Positions 1 through 8,633 of a DNA stretch of 20,000 nt are shown piece by piece. The DNA lies in the IMG/VR virus record IMGVR_UViG_3300032322_002078; one strand, 5' to 3'. Under the pieces are notes generated by a model that saw nothing but the letters and a program-made list of their open reading frames with translations, was not told where the DNA came from and made no database searches. The number at the start of each line of letters is the position of its first letter. Within the stretch, counting starts at the first letter, position 1. The position numbers were made by a program, and so were the translations under genes. The DNA comes from an uncultured virus (IMG/VR IMGVR_UViG_3300032322_002078). Its lineage: Duplodnaviria > Heunggongvirae > Uroviricota > Caudoviricetes.

Positions 1-17
1 AACCTATAACTACTTTT

Positions 18-395
18 TTACGAATTACCATAAACATTCATTCCGTATAGGTTCAGCAAGGAGTAAGCCAGCATAATGTCTAGCTTTTGCTCTAGCGTTG
101 TGTATGTGTCTGATTCTTTTGGAGGATTAAACATGTCATCTATTATCTGCCTGTGGTAGTTAGATATATAGAATATTGTTCTTATTCTTCTATCGCTGGC
201 GAATTCCGGAATCTTTATCTCGTCGCCTGGTCTGATACACTGAAGCGCATAGGCGATTAACTCCTGGTAGATATCCGGAATTCTTTTCCTTTCGCCTTCG
301 TCGATAAAAACATCGTCTTTTTTACCCCTTACAGCTTTGTGTATTTCAGCCGGCGCGTCATAATTTATAGTAACGACCTTTGTTCCTTTTTTCAT
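18..395 (-). CDS. Hypothetical protein (~125 aa), possibly DNA-binding
   Basis: Part of ORF 18..476. ATG at 395 (MKKGTKVV) is preferred because it lies just downstream of a minus-strand TATATTTG promoter element and avoids overlap with the upstream gene. Confidence 0.7.
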   Translation of the reverse strand: MKKGTKVVTINYDAPAEIHKAVRGKKDDVFIDEGERKRIPDIYQELIAYALQCIRPGDEIKIPEFASDRRIRTIFYISNYHRQIIDDMFNPPKESDTYTTLEQKLDIMLAYSLLNLYGMNVYGNS

Positions 396-411
396 TGCTT
401 TTGAGTGTTTG

Positions 412-419
412 CAAATATA
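412..419 (-). promoter_or_regulatory. Bacteroidota-type -7 promoter element (TATATTTG)
   Basis: CAAATATA on + reads TATATTTG on -, matching TAnnTTTG, 16 nt upstream of ATG 395. No clear -33 box. Confidence 0.5.
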
Positions 420-447
420 ACAAATATTTTTTATTTTGTATACTTGG

Positions 448-738
448 CTACACGGACTCCTGAAAACAGTATCCAAACGACTGCAGTTTTGTTATAACCG
501 ATTCCACTGATTTTGACTTAACTTTAAAGCAGATCTCTAGGCCGTTGGTTTCAAAAACGCCTAAAAGCTGATCGGGTTGACCTGATTTTTTATCTGACGC
601 CTTGATTTTAAATGATATGAAGTACGGCGCCCCTGTCGCGGCTTTTCCTGAGGCCGATTCTCCGTCAGCGGCCTGCTGTGGAATTGACAATCTTTTTGCT
701 TTGTTGTTTTTAAAGATTACTTCTGGATCTGTATACAT
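448..738 (-). CDS. Hypothetical protein (96 aa)
   Basis: ORF with an A-rich leader (AAAACAAAACCCATG), co-oriented with its neighbours. Shares a PEVIFxNNK motif with the adjacent ORF. Confidence 0.7.
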   Translation of the reverse strand: MYTDPEVIFKNNKAKRLSIPQQAADGESASGKAATGAPYFISFKIKASDKKSGQPDQLLGVFETNGLEICFKVKSKSVESVITKLQSFGYCFQESV

Positions 739-748
739 GGGTTTTGTT

Positions 749-1024
749 TTATAATGGTTCTACTTGTGTTTCTATTGGCAGCGGGTCTAGTATAAATCTT
801 ATGGCTTTAGGATCCCGGTAAACCACAACCCCGTCTCTCTGCAGAATGCCGGCGACCATTCCGACGCCCCCGGAATGAATTGTATTGAATGGCGCCCAGA
901 ACATAAACCAGCCGCGATCTGAGGCGTTTTTATTATTTACAAAAATAACCTCCGGACTAGTTGTCCTGATATCCGGTGCTAGGCTAGCTGTTTTAAAGTC
1001 TTTATCTTCCATGGTTAAATACAT
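749..1024 (-). CDS. Hypothetical protein (87-91 aa)
   Basis: ORF overlapping the end of terL. Alternative start at 1012. Contains PEVIFVNNK. Confidence 0.65.
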   Translation of the reverse strand: MYLTMEDKDFKTASLAPDIRTTSPEVIFVNNKNASDRGWFMFWAPFNTIHSGGVGMVAGILQRDGVVVYRDPKAIRFILDPLPIETQVEPL

Positions 1025-2912
1025 CTGGCCGAGATATAGAAGTTGCTTTTCCGGTCTCGGTATCTAAGTAAATTGTTTTCTTTTCGATAACCCGCCTTCC
1101 TGCGCGAGTGGTCACGTAACTAACTGTTCTTTTTACCTTGTTGTGCAGGCTGCTTTTTTCTATGGCTTCTCTCACGCCTCTGGACTGAAGAAGAAACGAT
1201 ATGAAAGCATCTAGTAAGTCAGTGTTGTCAATCATGAATTTCTTGATCTCATCTATAAGGGGTTTAAGATGGAGCTGATCTATGTCGTTTTTTATAAACT
1301 TAACGAGTTCACCGGCGGCGGTTTGAGCGCTAACCGCATCTTTGTACCATCCCAAAGGCTTTGTCTTTTTGGCTGGATTCAGGTATGCAGGCTCCCTGGA
1401 AAGCCTCAAAGAATAACCATTCCTCTTGAAGCTATCGATTAACATCTGTCCACGATTTCGCTCAACCATGAGTTCTTCTACTCCGTAATAGTCCATAAGC
1501 AGTAACGCATTCATCATGGCTGCGTCGGCATCATGAGTTCTTTCCACATGAAAAGCAACCGGTTTTTTGGAAAACACCTCCCCAATTAATACAGCATTTT
1601 TGGACCTATTGGAATCTGATTCTCCTTCTTCGTGACCGAATGGTATGGGGTCATTCCCGGCTCCATACTTGACTTCTTTCTGAGGGTGCTCGAGAATATG
1701 AAACTCACCTGAAGTCTGGTTTAACACGGGTTCGATAATGCCGGTTGGTCTGCGCTTTAGGTCCCATCTTGTTACGGGTCGCTGTTCGCTTCTGATCCTT
1801 ATACTGGCCTCGTTAATTATGTCATTTATGTCCTCGGTAAAAATGCTTTGCGTATTGATGTCGAAAAGCTCTTCGATAGTCAGCGGATACGCTTTTATGA
1901 ACTGATTGAGCTTTTTCTTGCTCTTGGCTCTATCTAGCCTCTCCCTGGTCCTTAAGATGTACTCCATGGCGCGTTTTTCATCGCTGCGCCCGTTGGGACA
2001 GAAGTTCAAAATTCTTCCGGTTGCGTTACCGTCTTCATCGTATTCCGGAGCCTCTGTTATGCAAAGTGTTCCAGGGACAAAAAGAGTGTGGACGTCATTG
2101 TTGGATGCATCCAACCAGTATTCCTGCATTCTAATAGAGCCCTGAGCTGAAGCGATACCGGCGCTACCGCCCAATACGATTGGGTTCACCTTTCTGAGCC
2201 CGGCCATCATGGAGGCCTGAGCGGAAGCCACTACTTCATCGGGACGCGGATGCAGGAAAACCTCATCGATAAATGCAGATGTTCCTCGATATGCCTCAAA
2301 GTTAGATGCGTCCGCCGGTTTGTCGCTGGTCTGAATTGATATGATCTTTGAGTTCAGGCCTCCGATACCCCCGCTGCCGTCATCATACCCAAAATGGAGG
2401 TACCCGGTCTGCCTGCTGGAAACCGTACTTGGTTTTATATCGGGATCCAGGTTTGAATAGAATACAAGTAGTTTGTCCTTGTGGAGCTCTTCGAGCCTTT
2501 TTTTGTCCGCTGAGGTTATGAGGTTTGTTGAACCCGGATTGGTCAGGGCCTCATACATAGGAATGGCTGATCCAAAAATTGACGACAACGCAAAACCCCT
2601 CCTTTTGGCTATGAAGTAATCCAAGAACATCCGCTTGGCGTACTCGTATTCCTCAAACACCGTTATATCTCCATCTCTTACATCCGGAGTTATCAGTACG
2701 TTCGTAGCTGTTTTATAGGTTCCCTGTGTTACTGTGAAGTAGTGCCTGCCCGTTAAGCCACCGTAACCGCTGTACCACCTAGCTCGTTGGGTGTCCCACC
2801 ACTTATCCTCTTCGTAAACCGTCTTAAATATAGATGGTTTTCCCTCCCATTTGAACAGGGGTTTTTCTTTATCCTTGGAGGTGATTATATTTATTTTTGG
2901 TATGTCAGACAT
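1002..2912 (-). CDS. terL: Phage terminase large subunit
   Basis: 636 aa. N-terminal ATPase with terminase-type Walker A (AKRRGFALS), Walker B (AFIDE) and motif III (GGSAG). C-terminal RNase H-like nuclease motifs (GNDPI, MVERN, DLLDA). Confidence 0.9.
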   Translation of the reverse strand: MSDIPKINIITSKDKEKPLFKWEGKPSIFKTVYEEDKWWDTQRARWYSGYGGLTGRHYFTVTQGTYKTATNVLITPDVRDGDITVFEEYEYAKRMFLDYFIAKRRGFALSSIFGSAIPMYEALTNPGSTNLITSADKKRLEELHKDKLLVFYSNLDPDIKPSTVSSRQTGYLHFGYDDGSGGIGGLNSKIISIQTSDKPADASNFEAYRGTSAFIDEVFLHPRPDEVVASAQASMMAGLRKVNPIVLGGSAGIASAQGSIRMQEYWLDASNNDVHTLFVPGTLCITEAPEYDEDGNATGRILNFCPNGRSDEKRAMEYILRTRERLDRAKSKKKLNQFIKAYPLTIEELFDINTQSIFTEDINDIINEASIRIRSEQRPVTRWDLKRRPTGIIEPVLNQTSGEFHILEHPQKEVKYGAGNDPIPFGHEEGESDSNRSKNAVLIGEVFSKKPVAFHVERTHDADAAMMNALLLMDYYGVEELMVERNRGQMLIDSFKRNGYSLRLSREPAYLNPAKKTKPLGWYKDAVSAQTAAGELVKFIKNDIDQLHLKPLIDEIKKFMIDNTDLLDAFISFLLQSRGVREAIEKSSLHNKVKRTVSYVTTRAGRRVIEKKTIYLDTETGKATSISRPDVFNHGR

Positions 2913-2915
2913 CTT

Positions 2916-3401
2916 CTAGCTGGTCGCCCTTATTTTGTGATGAATGCCATTTGTTTTAACCGCGTCTCCGGAAAAATAATCCGTTGGAATAAAGCCCATT
3001 GGTTTTAGTATCTCAAACACTAGCTCTTCGTTATGATACTTGTCGATGATCTCTAGGCATTTTATTTTGAATTTATTGACGGCCTGCTGACTCACGGCAT
3101 CGTACCGCTCAGCGCACATGTGTATGGCCTGCCGATCTGCATGAATATAAAGCGCCTTGAGCTCATTGAGTTCTAGCGCTAGGCTGTACTCGGCATCGCT
3201 AAGCGGCTCTGATTCGTTCCAGATTTCGTTGTAATCCACATCCTCTCCGAACTCAAAAAGCGCGACATCGTCATCCGATATCATGGTGTTGTGTCGAACA
3301 AACCTTTTGATATACGGACTTTTTTTGAATCGTAGCTTTCTTACCCGCTTGCTTACGACTCCTGGCTGCGCTTCAGAACTCTTATTGTTTTGGCTTTCCA
3401 T
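2916..3401 (-). CDS. Hypothetical protein (161 aa)
   Basis: ORF tightly packed upstream of terL on the same strand. Confidence 0.7.
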   Translation of the reverse strand: MESQNNKSSEAQPGVVSKRVRKLRFKKSPYIKRFVRHNTMISDDDVALFEFGEDVDYNEIWNESEPLSDAEYSLALELNELKALYIHADRQAIHMCAERYDAVSQQAVNKFKIKCLEIIDKYHNEELVFEILKPMGFIPTDYFSGDAVKTNGIHHKIRATS

Positions 3402-3793
3402 GCCAGGTATTTTTTTAATTCTTTTTCAGTTGTCGGCATCATGTGCACATTTGTTGCGTACTGATGATGAATGTAATCAGATATGGCCTCGTAAAACTCT
3501 ATCCGGATTTCAAACGGCATGAATTCAATCATTGTCATGAATTGATGCAGTTCTATTCTTTCTTCTCCCTTGGGATCGTAGTACCGAATGTAGGCATACA
3601 GGTAAGCCTCGTCAACTATTGCAAAACCATGTATTTCAAATATTTTATACATCTCCTGCCTCATTTTTGCAGGATTTACAGAAGATGTTCCGTGGTCTGA
3701 GTAAAACCCATCTATCTGTTCTTTAATGGGCTTTTCGCGGATCAGCGTTTTGCGCTTTTTTATCCCTGATTTGTTTGTTTGCCGTGGGCCCAT
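3353..3793 (-). CDS. Hypothetical protein (146 aa)
   Basis: ORF in the minus-strand operon with short overlaps on both sides. Confidence 0.7.
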   Translation of the reverse strand: MGPRQTNKSGIKKRKTLIREKPIKEQIDGFYSDHGTSSVNPAKMRQEMYKIFEIHGFAIVDEAYLYAYIRYYDPKGEERIELHQFMTMIEFMPFEIRIEFYEAISDYIHHQYATNVHMMPTTEKELKKYLAWKAKTIRVLKRSQES

Positions 3794-4284
3794 TTCTCTG
3801 TTCTGCTTAGCTTAACTTTGGATACGCGCTCTACTTGCTGTGGGGAAATGTACTGAGCCCGGATCTGGGCTAGGCTTTCCACAAGAGCTGGTATGCTCTG
3901 CGACATTGTTTTAATGAGATCTACACGACCTTTCTCTTCTTTAAAAGCCATTTCGATAGGATCTTTCTTTGGACCTTTTTTCTTTGGAGCGTCATCGTCG
4001 TCGTCATGACCGGCCTCCATCGATGCAGATGCCTCGCGAATACTGTCGTCTATAATTTCTTCCCGGGGGTCGGACTCACTCAAAAATTTCAATCGCTGCG
4101 ACTGGTACATCAGGGAAAGCGAGAGCGATTCATAGGCTTCGTATTCCAAAGAGCTGTAAAACCTAATGAGCTCAAGAACAGGCTTCATAGCTGGTTCTGA
4201 TTTCACTAGCTTCTCTAGTATCGATATGGCTTGTTCGGGTATATTTCCGGACTGCTGTGACTCTGTAGCTTTATTTTTGGCCAT
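3760..4284 (-). CDS. Hypothetical helical protein (~174 aa); weak candidate for terminase small subunit
   Basis: ATG at 4284 (MAKNKATES). Helical, charged composition. The TerS idea rests on position and size only. Confidence 0.65.
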   Translation of the reverse strand: MAKNKATESQQSGNIPEQAISILEKLVKSEPAMKPVLELIRFYSSLEYEAYESLSLSLMYQSQRLKFLSESDPREEIIDDSIREASASMEAGHDDDDDAPKKKGPKKDPIEMAFKEEKGRVDLIKTMSQSIPALVESLAQIRAQYISPQQVERVSKVKLSRTEKWAHGKQTNQG

Positions 4285-4287
4285 GTG

Positions 4288-4295
4288 CAAAGCTA
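4288..4295 (-). promoter_or_regulatory. Bacteroidota-type -7 element (TAGCTTTG) for the terminase operon
   Basis: TGCAAAGCTA on + is identical to the element at 10211-10220. It lies 3 nt from ATG 4284. Confidence 0.6.
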
Positions 4296-4305
4296 AATAA
4301 ATTTT

Positions 4306-4686
4306 TTATTTTGTTGATGTTCGACTCCAGGAAAAGGGTTTGTGTTTTTCTTTTTTTGCCTCTTCTTTAGCTGTTCGGTTTTCTGCTTTTTTAATTTCGC
4401 GATTCTTTTTGATGTCCTGGTTGTACTCCCATCTTTTTTTCTCTATTATAGATCCCTTGACTTCGTAAACAAAGGGTCGCTTAGATTCGTCTTGGTATTT
4501 TCCGAATGCTGGTCTAAGGTCGAGTATTTCACCTATTTCGAACCTAGTGAGATTATGTGTGAGAATTACGTCTCCCACAGCAAGAGTAGGTCCAGGGGAT
4601 TGAATTTTCATTACACCGGTATGTCTGTCATACCACATTTGAATGACGGATATCGCTGTGTCGGGTTGTTGTTTTTCTTTTTTCAT
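4306..4686 (-). CDS. Hypothetical protein (126 aa)
   Basis: ORF with ATGA start/stop overlap with the upstream gene. Confidence 0.75.
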   Translation of the reverse strand: MKKEKQQPDTAISVIQMWYDRHTGVMKIQSPGPTLAVGDVILTHNLTRFEIGEILDLRPAFGKYQDESKRPFVYEVKGSIIEKKRWEYNQDIKKNREIKKAENRTAKEEAKKEKHKPFSWSRTSTK

Positions 4687-5009
4687 AGGGGGTCTACGTG
4701 TATGATTACGGGTTGAAGAGTTCCTTTGGTTAATTCGATTTCGTGCTGATGATACAGAGCTGTTTTCTTGAGATCATAAAAACTGCCTGTAGAAAAATGC
4801 TTGTTGAAGTCCCTGCAGGTAATCAGGTGTCTTTCTTTGGTGCTGAGGTTCAGGCATTCATAAACATCATCCCATCTATCGTTTATGGATTGCTTGTTGA
4901 GTATCCTTACAAACGTCACCAACATCTGATTTCCTTTCGATGTTTTAAACACCCATCTACACTGGTCATCCAGATGCATTGTTATTTTTGGTCTGAGGTC
5001 CGATATCAT
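4683..5009 (-). CDS. Hypothetical protein (108 aa)
   Basis: ATGA overlaps on both sides, consistent with translational coupling. Confidence 0.75.
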   Translation of the reverse strand: MISDLRPKITMHLDDQCRWVFKTSKGNQMLVTFVRILNKQSINDRWDDVYECLNLSTKERHLITCRDFNKHFSTGSFYDLKKTALYHQHEIELTKGTLQPVIIHVDPL

Positions 5010-5323
5010 GAAAGCAGCTGTTTTAGTTCCTGTATTTCGGTTTCGTGGTTTTTAACAAAGAACTCCATGGCTCCCAAAGCCTGGATGTTGCGGATCGATA
5101 TTATGAGCTCTTCGATGTCGCGATCTATGGTATGGGAGTGCACGTCTCGGATCGATATGATCCTGTCGTCGGGGTAGGCTTCACTGAAGTCTTCGGCGGC
5201 CGCCACGATATCCACTGCGTTGACGATATAGGAATGCGTCTCGGTAAGGATCTCGTAGCTGCCGTCGATAGACAGTGTTTCACCCCTAGGCGGTTCTTTG
5301 TATCTACCTGGGTTTCCTCTCAT
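5006..5323 (-). CDS. Hypothetical protein (105 aa)
   Basis: Abuts the upstream stop (TAA-ATG) and overlaps the downstream start. Confidence 0.75.
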   Translation of the reverse strand: MRGNPGRYKEPPRGETLSIDGSYEILTETHSYIVNAVDIVAAAEDFSEAYPDDRIISIRDVHSHTIDRDIEELIISIRNIQALGAMEFFVKNHETEIQELKQLLS

Positions 5324-6121
5324 TTAGAAGAAAAGTCGTTCGGATATAATCAATCCCAAGGCTTCCCGGAGGCTGGTTTCTGGGTTTTTTGCATTCAAAA
5401 CCATTAGCTTACCCATTCCTCGCGCATATCTCTCCTCAAGAGCATTGGTTATAATGTCTATTCGACTTTCCAGCTCTTTACTGAGTTCGTCGTTGCGGCT
5501 CAGAACTACTATGTATCGCGCCTGAAGTTCTTCTAGCTGCTTGAGCAGATCTTCTTTTGTTGCTGATATGCGCTTGGCACTGGGTTGTTCTGAGCTTGGA
5601 GATGCCCGATGAACCTGCTCTTGCTTGTGCTGTGGCTTTTCCTGGTCCGGTTCCTCCTGGGCATTTTCTTCGACCGGTTTTTCTTCAGGATCTTTCTCAG
5701 CAGGTTGTTCTTCCTTAATTGCGGGCTCGGGTTTCTTCTTGGCATCGGTGAGCTGTTGTTTCTCCTTGGCGTGGATAGGCTGTTGTTTTTTCTCGGCAGG
5801 GGTTTCCTGGGCTTTGGTCTCCTGTGGCTTTTTCTCGCCCTGGTCTTCAGCCTGGGTGTTTTGACTGCCCTCCGCCAAGCGTTTTATCACAACGTAGATC
5901 GACGTCGCGTTGAAGTTCTTGACGTCATCAACCACTAAGTCGACGAACTGCTCTTCTCCGGGTTTATCCATGTCGACCTGCAGGTACCTCGGGAATGATG
6001 CGAATTGAGCCTGCTGGGTTTCCGGGCGGATGCCGAGCTTCGACAGATCGGCTTCACGGAATGCGCGAAAGTCCATACCGCTGTACATCGCGATAACAAA
6101 TTTTCTTGATTGTGTTGTCAT
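5324..6121 (-). CDS. Hypothetical protein (265 aa) with E/K/Q/P-rich disordered linker and C-terminal coiled coil
   Basis: Long ORF with an A-rich leader. The low-complexity centre and heptad-like C-terminus are visible in the translation. Confidence 0.8.
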   Translation of the reverse strand: MTTQSRKFVIAMYSGMDFRAFREADLSKLGIRPETQQAQFASFPRYLQVDMDKPGEEQFVDLVVDDVKNFNATSIYVVIKRLAEGSQNTQAEDQGEKKPQETKAQETPAEKKQQPIHAKEKQQLTDAKKKPEPAIKEEQPAEKDPEEKPVEENAQEEPDQEKPQHKQEQVHRASPSSEQPSAKRISATKEDLLKQLEELQARYIVVLSRNDELSKELESRIDIITNALEERYARGMGKLMVLNAKNPETSLREALGLIISERLFF

Positions 6122-6132
6122 GGTTTTTGGAT

Positions 6133-6459
6133 TTATTTGATTTTAGATAAATGAACTTTTATTGCGTTTTTCTTATTGAGAGCGCTGACGTAATCAAAGC
6201 CGGGCCTGATGTCGTATGTGTAGCGCTGTACTGTGGTGTATTCATCGGATATGCCATGGAATAACCGGCGAACCCTAACTCTTTCGAGATGAGACTTCAC
6301 TAGCACTACCTCTTTGACTTCCAGGGTCTCGGGGTTGATCTCGAAAACCTTATGGCCCCTGTGGGGGGTGATCCTCAAGACGTGCTGTTTTAACTTCTGC
6401 ACCTCGGCGCGGATCTCCACGCCGTCGATGTCTTTGTTGTGTTGCTGTGTTTCTTTCAT
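6133..6459 (-). CDS. Hypothetical phage protein (108 aa)
   Basis: ORF packed between the helicase and the next gene, with an A-rich leader. Confidence 0.75.
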   Translation of the reverse strand: MKETQQHNKDIDGVEIRAEVQKLKQHVLRITPHRGHKVFEINPETLEVKEVVLVKSHLERVRVRRLFHGISDEYTTVQRYTYDIRPGFDYVSALNKKNAIKVHLSKIK

Positions 6460-6470
6460 ATTGGTTTGTA

Positions 6471-8633
6471 TTAAAATGGGGGGTCATCGGACAGTCCGAA
6501 GTCATCCACAAAGTTTCTGCTGTTGAATCCGTTGTTGTAGCGATCAGGTTCTTCGGCAACCGGTTTATTACCGACGGGCTTTCCGGTCTTCCAGAACTCA
6601 AAGATATCGAAGTCGTAGTAAGGTTGAGACGCATCGGCTTTAATCATGAATCTACCCCGCGACGGCTTGTAGATCATCTTGATGGGTTCTTCTTCCGGAG
6701 TGGGCCTGCCTCCGGTTTCCATGACCTTGATTTTGTCGACATGGATATCGGTGTACATCCAGTAGTCGGCGTTCTTGGTGTTGCGGTGAACCGTGATGAA
6801 ATCATCGGCGCGACTAGCGAATTTATTACCGCCCTCGATTTCATACATCTTCGGTGGCTTGTCTGGATCTCTGCCGACCCTGCGGGCGCCGTCCGTACCG
6901 GTGTGGGCATTGAGGTATATCGACACGCCGGTCCTTCTGATGAAGACCCTCATTTCAGTGGTGGCGGCGTAATCGTAGTCGTGTTTATTACCGCCTATCA
7001 TGCGGAGCTTCTTAGCTAGTTCGTCGTCTACCACAAGCGAGTTGTAGGGGTCAATCATGACGGCGTTGTAATGGCTTTCGGACAGCAGCTCTTCGGTGAT
7101 GTTGAGGATATCCCTGAAGCTGTAGACGTGCTCATTGGTGATGAATGTGAAGTGGTTCCGGATAAAGGCCTCGGCGCTTTGGAACTCGGCGTCACTGAAA
7201 GCCGACATCTGCTTGCCTGCATGGGTCTCCATGATCTTGCGGATGACGAATTCATAGTCGTTCTCGCCGGTATAGATCACCCACCGCCAGCCGTGAGCCA
7301 TGGCGCTGACCGCAGCCATGAACCACATCCAGGTCGACTTGCCGACATTAGCCAGGCCGTGTATGATGTTGAACTGGGCGGGTTTGAATCGCATGAAGTC
7401 ATCGATGTGGCGATGCCCCACACTAAGGCCTTCGGGAAGACTACCGCTACGCACCATGTTGAGGTAGGGTACGGCATTGGTGAAGTCACCGATAAATGAA
7501 CTTATATCGGAATTCGTGTTGTCGGGATCATCCATCTTGCTGTCGTCGGGGACCCGAACGGATTTGGCGGGACCGGGATCCTGCTGTTGGGCCGCCCCTA
7601 GCTTACCGTAACGGGTCTGAGCTGATTGTTTGGCGGATCCGTAGCCCAGCTCTTGCAGAGCTTGTATGGCGGCATGGGTATCGCCGCCGTGCTCCAACAT
7701 GGTGTAGATACCGAAAGGGCTGTAGGAAGGCGTCCTGCCGTTGTGCTCGGTTTCGAAAACCGTACTGGAACTAAACACCACAAGGCGATTGGTGTCGAGG
7801 TGGTAGTATGCGCTGTGCTCTCTGCTGTTATAAGGTTTTCCAGGCCTGAGTAGCTTGACTGTATTGGGGTTTGTGTTGCCTTTTGCGGTCCAGCCGTAGC
7901 TCTCCAGAAGTGTGATGCCATCGGTTCTGTTGTTGTAGTCATCCCATGGCGTGATGTCATTAGAGGCGATTTGAGAGCGTTTTGATGACTGGGTGGTACT
8001 AGACACCGGATCTTCGGTAAAGGTCTCGGAGAACGAACGCAAGGTGGCAATACAGGCATTATACTCGGCGGATGTCAACACCCCGATGTTGTCGAAATTG
8101 TTTTTGAGGATGCTGTATCCCGGTGACGGCGCCACCAGAAAATAACCTCCCTCGCTACGGGTTTCTATCAGGACGCGGGTTGCGGTCTTGATTTTGGGGT
8201 TGGATTTTTGGAGCTCACGGAGTTCGTCGGCACTGCAGTCCCGCATGGCGAGTTTTCGGTTTCCCGGTAGTTTTATGTCGGGTTCGACCTTGACGATGAA
8301 ATGGTAGCCTCCCGATACGGTTTTCTGAATGACGGACTTCTTCAGGACGCCTGGGCAGGTTTCGGCGAGTTTGTTCTTGACTCTTGTGGCCAGATCTGAG
8401 GTGAGATCGTATTTGGTGTCGATGTCGAAGCAGATCAGATTGCCGCTGACCTCTCCGGCGATGATGGCGATACCCCATGCGGAGGCCGTCAGGGAGTCGA
8501 TCTCGGCGCCGGGTATGTTGTGGGTATATCCATTGCGTTTGAATGCAACCAAGGGCTGCTTTTGCTGGTTTACGGGGATTACTGAGTACCCCAGCGATCT
8601 TAATTTTTTACTCTGTTCTGAATTCGCGGTCAT
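6471..8633 (-). CDS. Bifunctional primase-polymerase (Prim-Pol/AEP) fused to SF4 (DnaB/Twinkle-like) replicative helicase
   Basis: N-terminal AEP motifs FDID, TVSGGYH and IETRSEGGYFLVAPS. C-terminal Walker A GLANVGKS, Walker B MIDPYN, LNAH and KIK motifs. Acidic DDPPF tail. Confidence 0.9.
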   Translation of the reverse strand: MTANSEQSKKLRSLGYSVIPVNQQKQPLVAFKRNGYTHNIPGAEIDSLTASAWGIAIIAGEVSGNLICFDIDTKYDLTSDLATRVKNKLAETCPGVLKKSVIQKTVSGGYHFIVKVEPDIKLPGNRKLAMRDCSADELRELQKSNPKIKTATRVLIETRSEGGYFLVAPSPGYSILKNNFDNIGVLTSAEYNACIATLRSFSETFTEDPVSSTTQSSKRSQIASNDITPWDDYNNRTDGITLLESYGWTAKGNTNPNTVKLLRPGKPYNSREHSAYYHLDTNRLVVFSSSTVFETEHNGRTPSYSPFGIYTMLEHGGDTHAAIQALQELGYGSAKQSAQTRYGKLGAAQQQDPGPAKSVRVPDDSKMDDPDNTNSDISSFIGDFTNAVPYLNMVRSGSLPEGLSVGHRHIDDFMRFKPAQFNIIHGLANVGKSTWMWFMAAVSAMAHGWRWVIYTGENDYEFVIRKIMETHAGKQMSAFSDAEFQSAEAFIRNHFTFITNEHVYSFRDILNITEELLSESHYNAVMIDPYNSLVVDDELAKKLRMIGGNKHDYDYAATTEMRVFIRRTGVSIYLNAHTGTDGARRVGRDPDKPPKMYEIEGGNKFASRADDFITVHRNTKNADYWMYTDIHVDKIKVMETGGRPTPEEEPIKMIYKPSRGRFMIKADASQPYYDFDIFEFWKTGKPVGNKPVAEEPDRYNNGFNSRNFVDDFGLSDDPPF

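Noticed and set aside
2910..2918. TAG stop in frame with the terL start (TAG AAG ATG), suggesting amber recoding or readthrough
   Set aside because: Genes are intact and tightly packed under the standard code, and no suppressor tRNA is seen.
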